This document shows, in pieces, positions 63,698-64,000 of a DNA stretch of 64,000 nucleotides (position 1 is its first letter; each line of letters opens with the position of its first letter). Below the pieces are notes generated by a model. It saw only the letters and a list, made by a program, of their open reading frames with translations, was not told the DNA's origin and did not search any database. This DNA comes from Raillietiella orientalis (lineage: Eukaryota), in contig JAYWIR010000007.1 in assembly GCA_036172245.1 (NCBI GenBank), forward strand, positions 1,736,001-1,800,000, written 5' to 3'. Position numbers and translations under genes: made by a program.

Positions 63698-64000
63698 GTT
63701 TTTTTAGGGAGGGCGGCGGGAATGGGGGAAAGGGATTGCGCCCTGCTCCCAGGAGACGAAAAAAGGTCCTGCTCCAGAAAGCAATTCTTGTCGCAGCACG
63801 CCTGCGGCGACATCGCACTCTGCAGAGGACGTGTTCTCTGGCGTTCTCCGAGTGGTTCAGTCCTTAGACGAGGGAAGACGCCCCGTCCGAACGCGAAAGG
63901 AATGGCCGGTTTCTTGCCCTTTCTCTCCTCCTCCTCCTCCTCGCTGCCGGCACGGAAGGACGGGCTCCCGAGGCACTCGCTCCTTCGGTTGCAGCTGGCC

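Overview
Eukaryotic (animal, probably arthropod-like) genomic DNA, so most of the GC-rich six-frame ORFs are spurious. Four protein-coding loci are supported: (1) the 3' part of a FoxJ1-like forkhead gene (1-696, +, one 93-nt intron); (2) an uninterrupted 156-aa Cys/Pro-repeat CDS resembling sperm-tail structural proteins (7643-8113, -); (3) a complete Mediator subunit MED14 gene (12920-18654, +, about 23 exons, about 1477 aa), with 21 of 22 introns only 37-52 nt long and at least one GC-AG intron; (4) the first two coding exons of a NALCN auxiliary factor gene (NALF/FAM155/NLF-1/Mid1 family; 43440-44210 and 61758-61932, +), separated by a 17.5-kb intron and continuing past the window. The window has an AT-rich, CpG-poor domain (about 5-20 kb) and a GC/CpG-rich domain (about 25-64 kb) full of decayed mobile DNA. 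That DNA includes a ~0.8-kb tRNA-derived SINE-like family (3 copies), at least six 3' fragments of one L1/Tx1-like LINE family (one with an 18-bp TSD), a decayed R2-like element outside rDNA, and several Tc1/mariner-like transposase remnants. No rRNA, intact tRNA or CRISPR array was seen. I cannot demonstrate a new biological system. The best leads are the MED14 micro-introns, the divergent FoxJ1 helix 3, the off-target R2-like relic, the long SINE and a promoter-like island inside the NALF intron. All family assignments come from reading motifs by eye; no searches were run.
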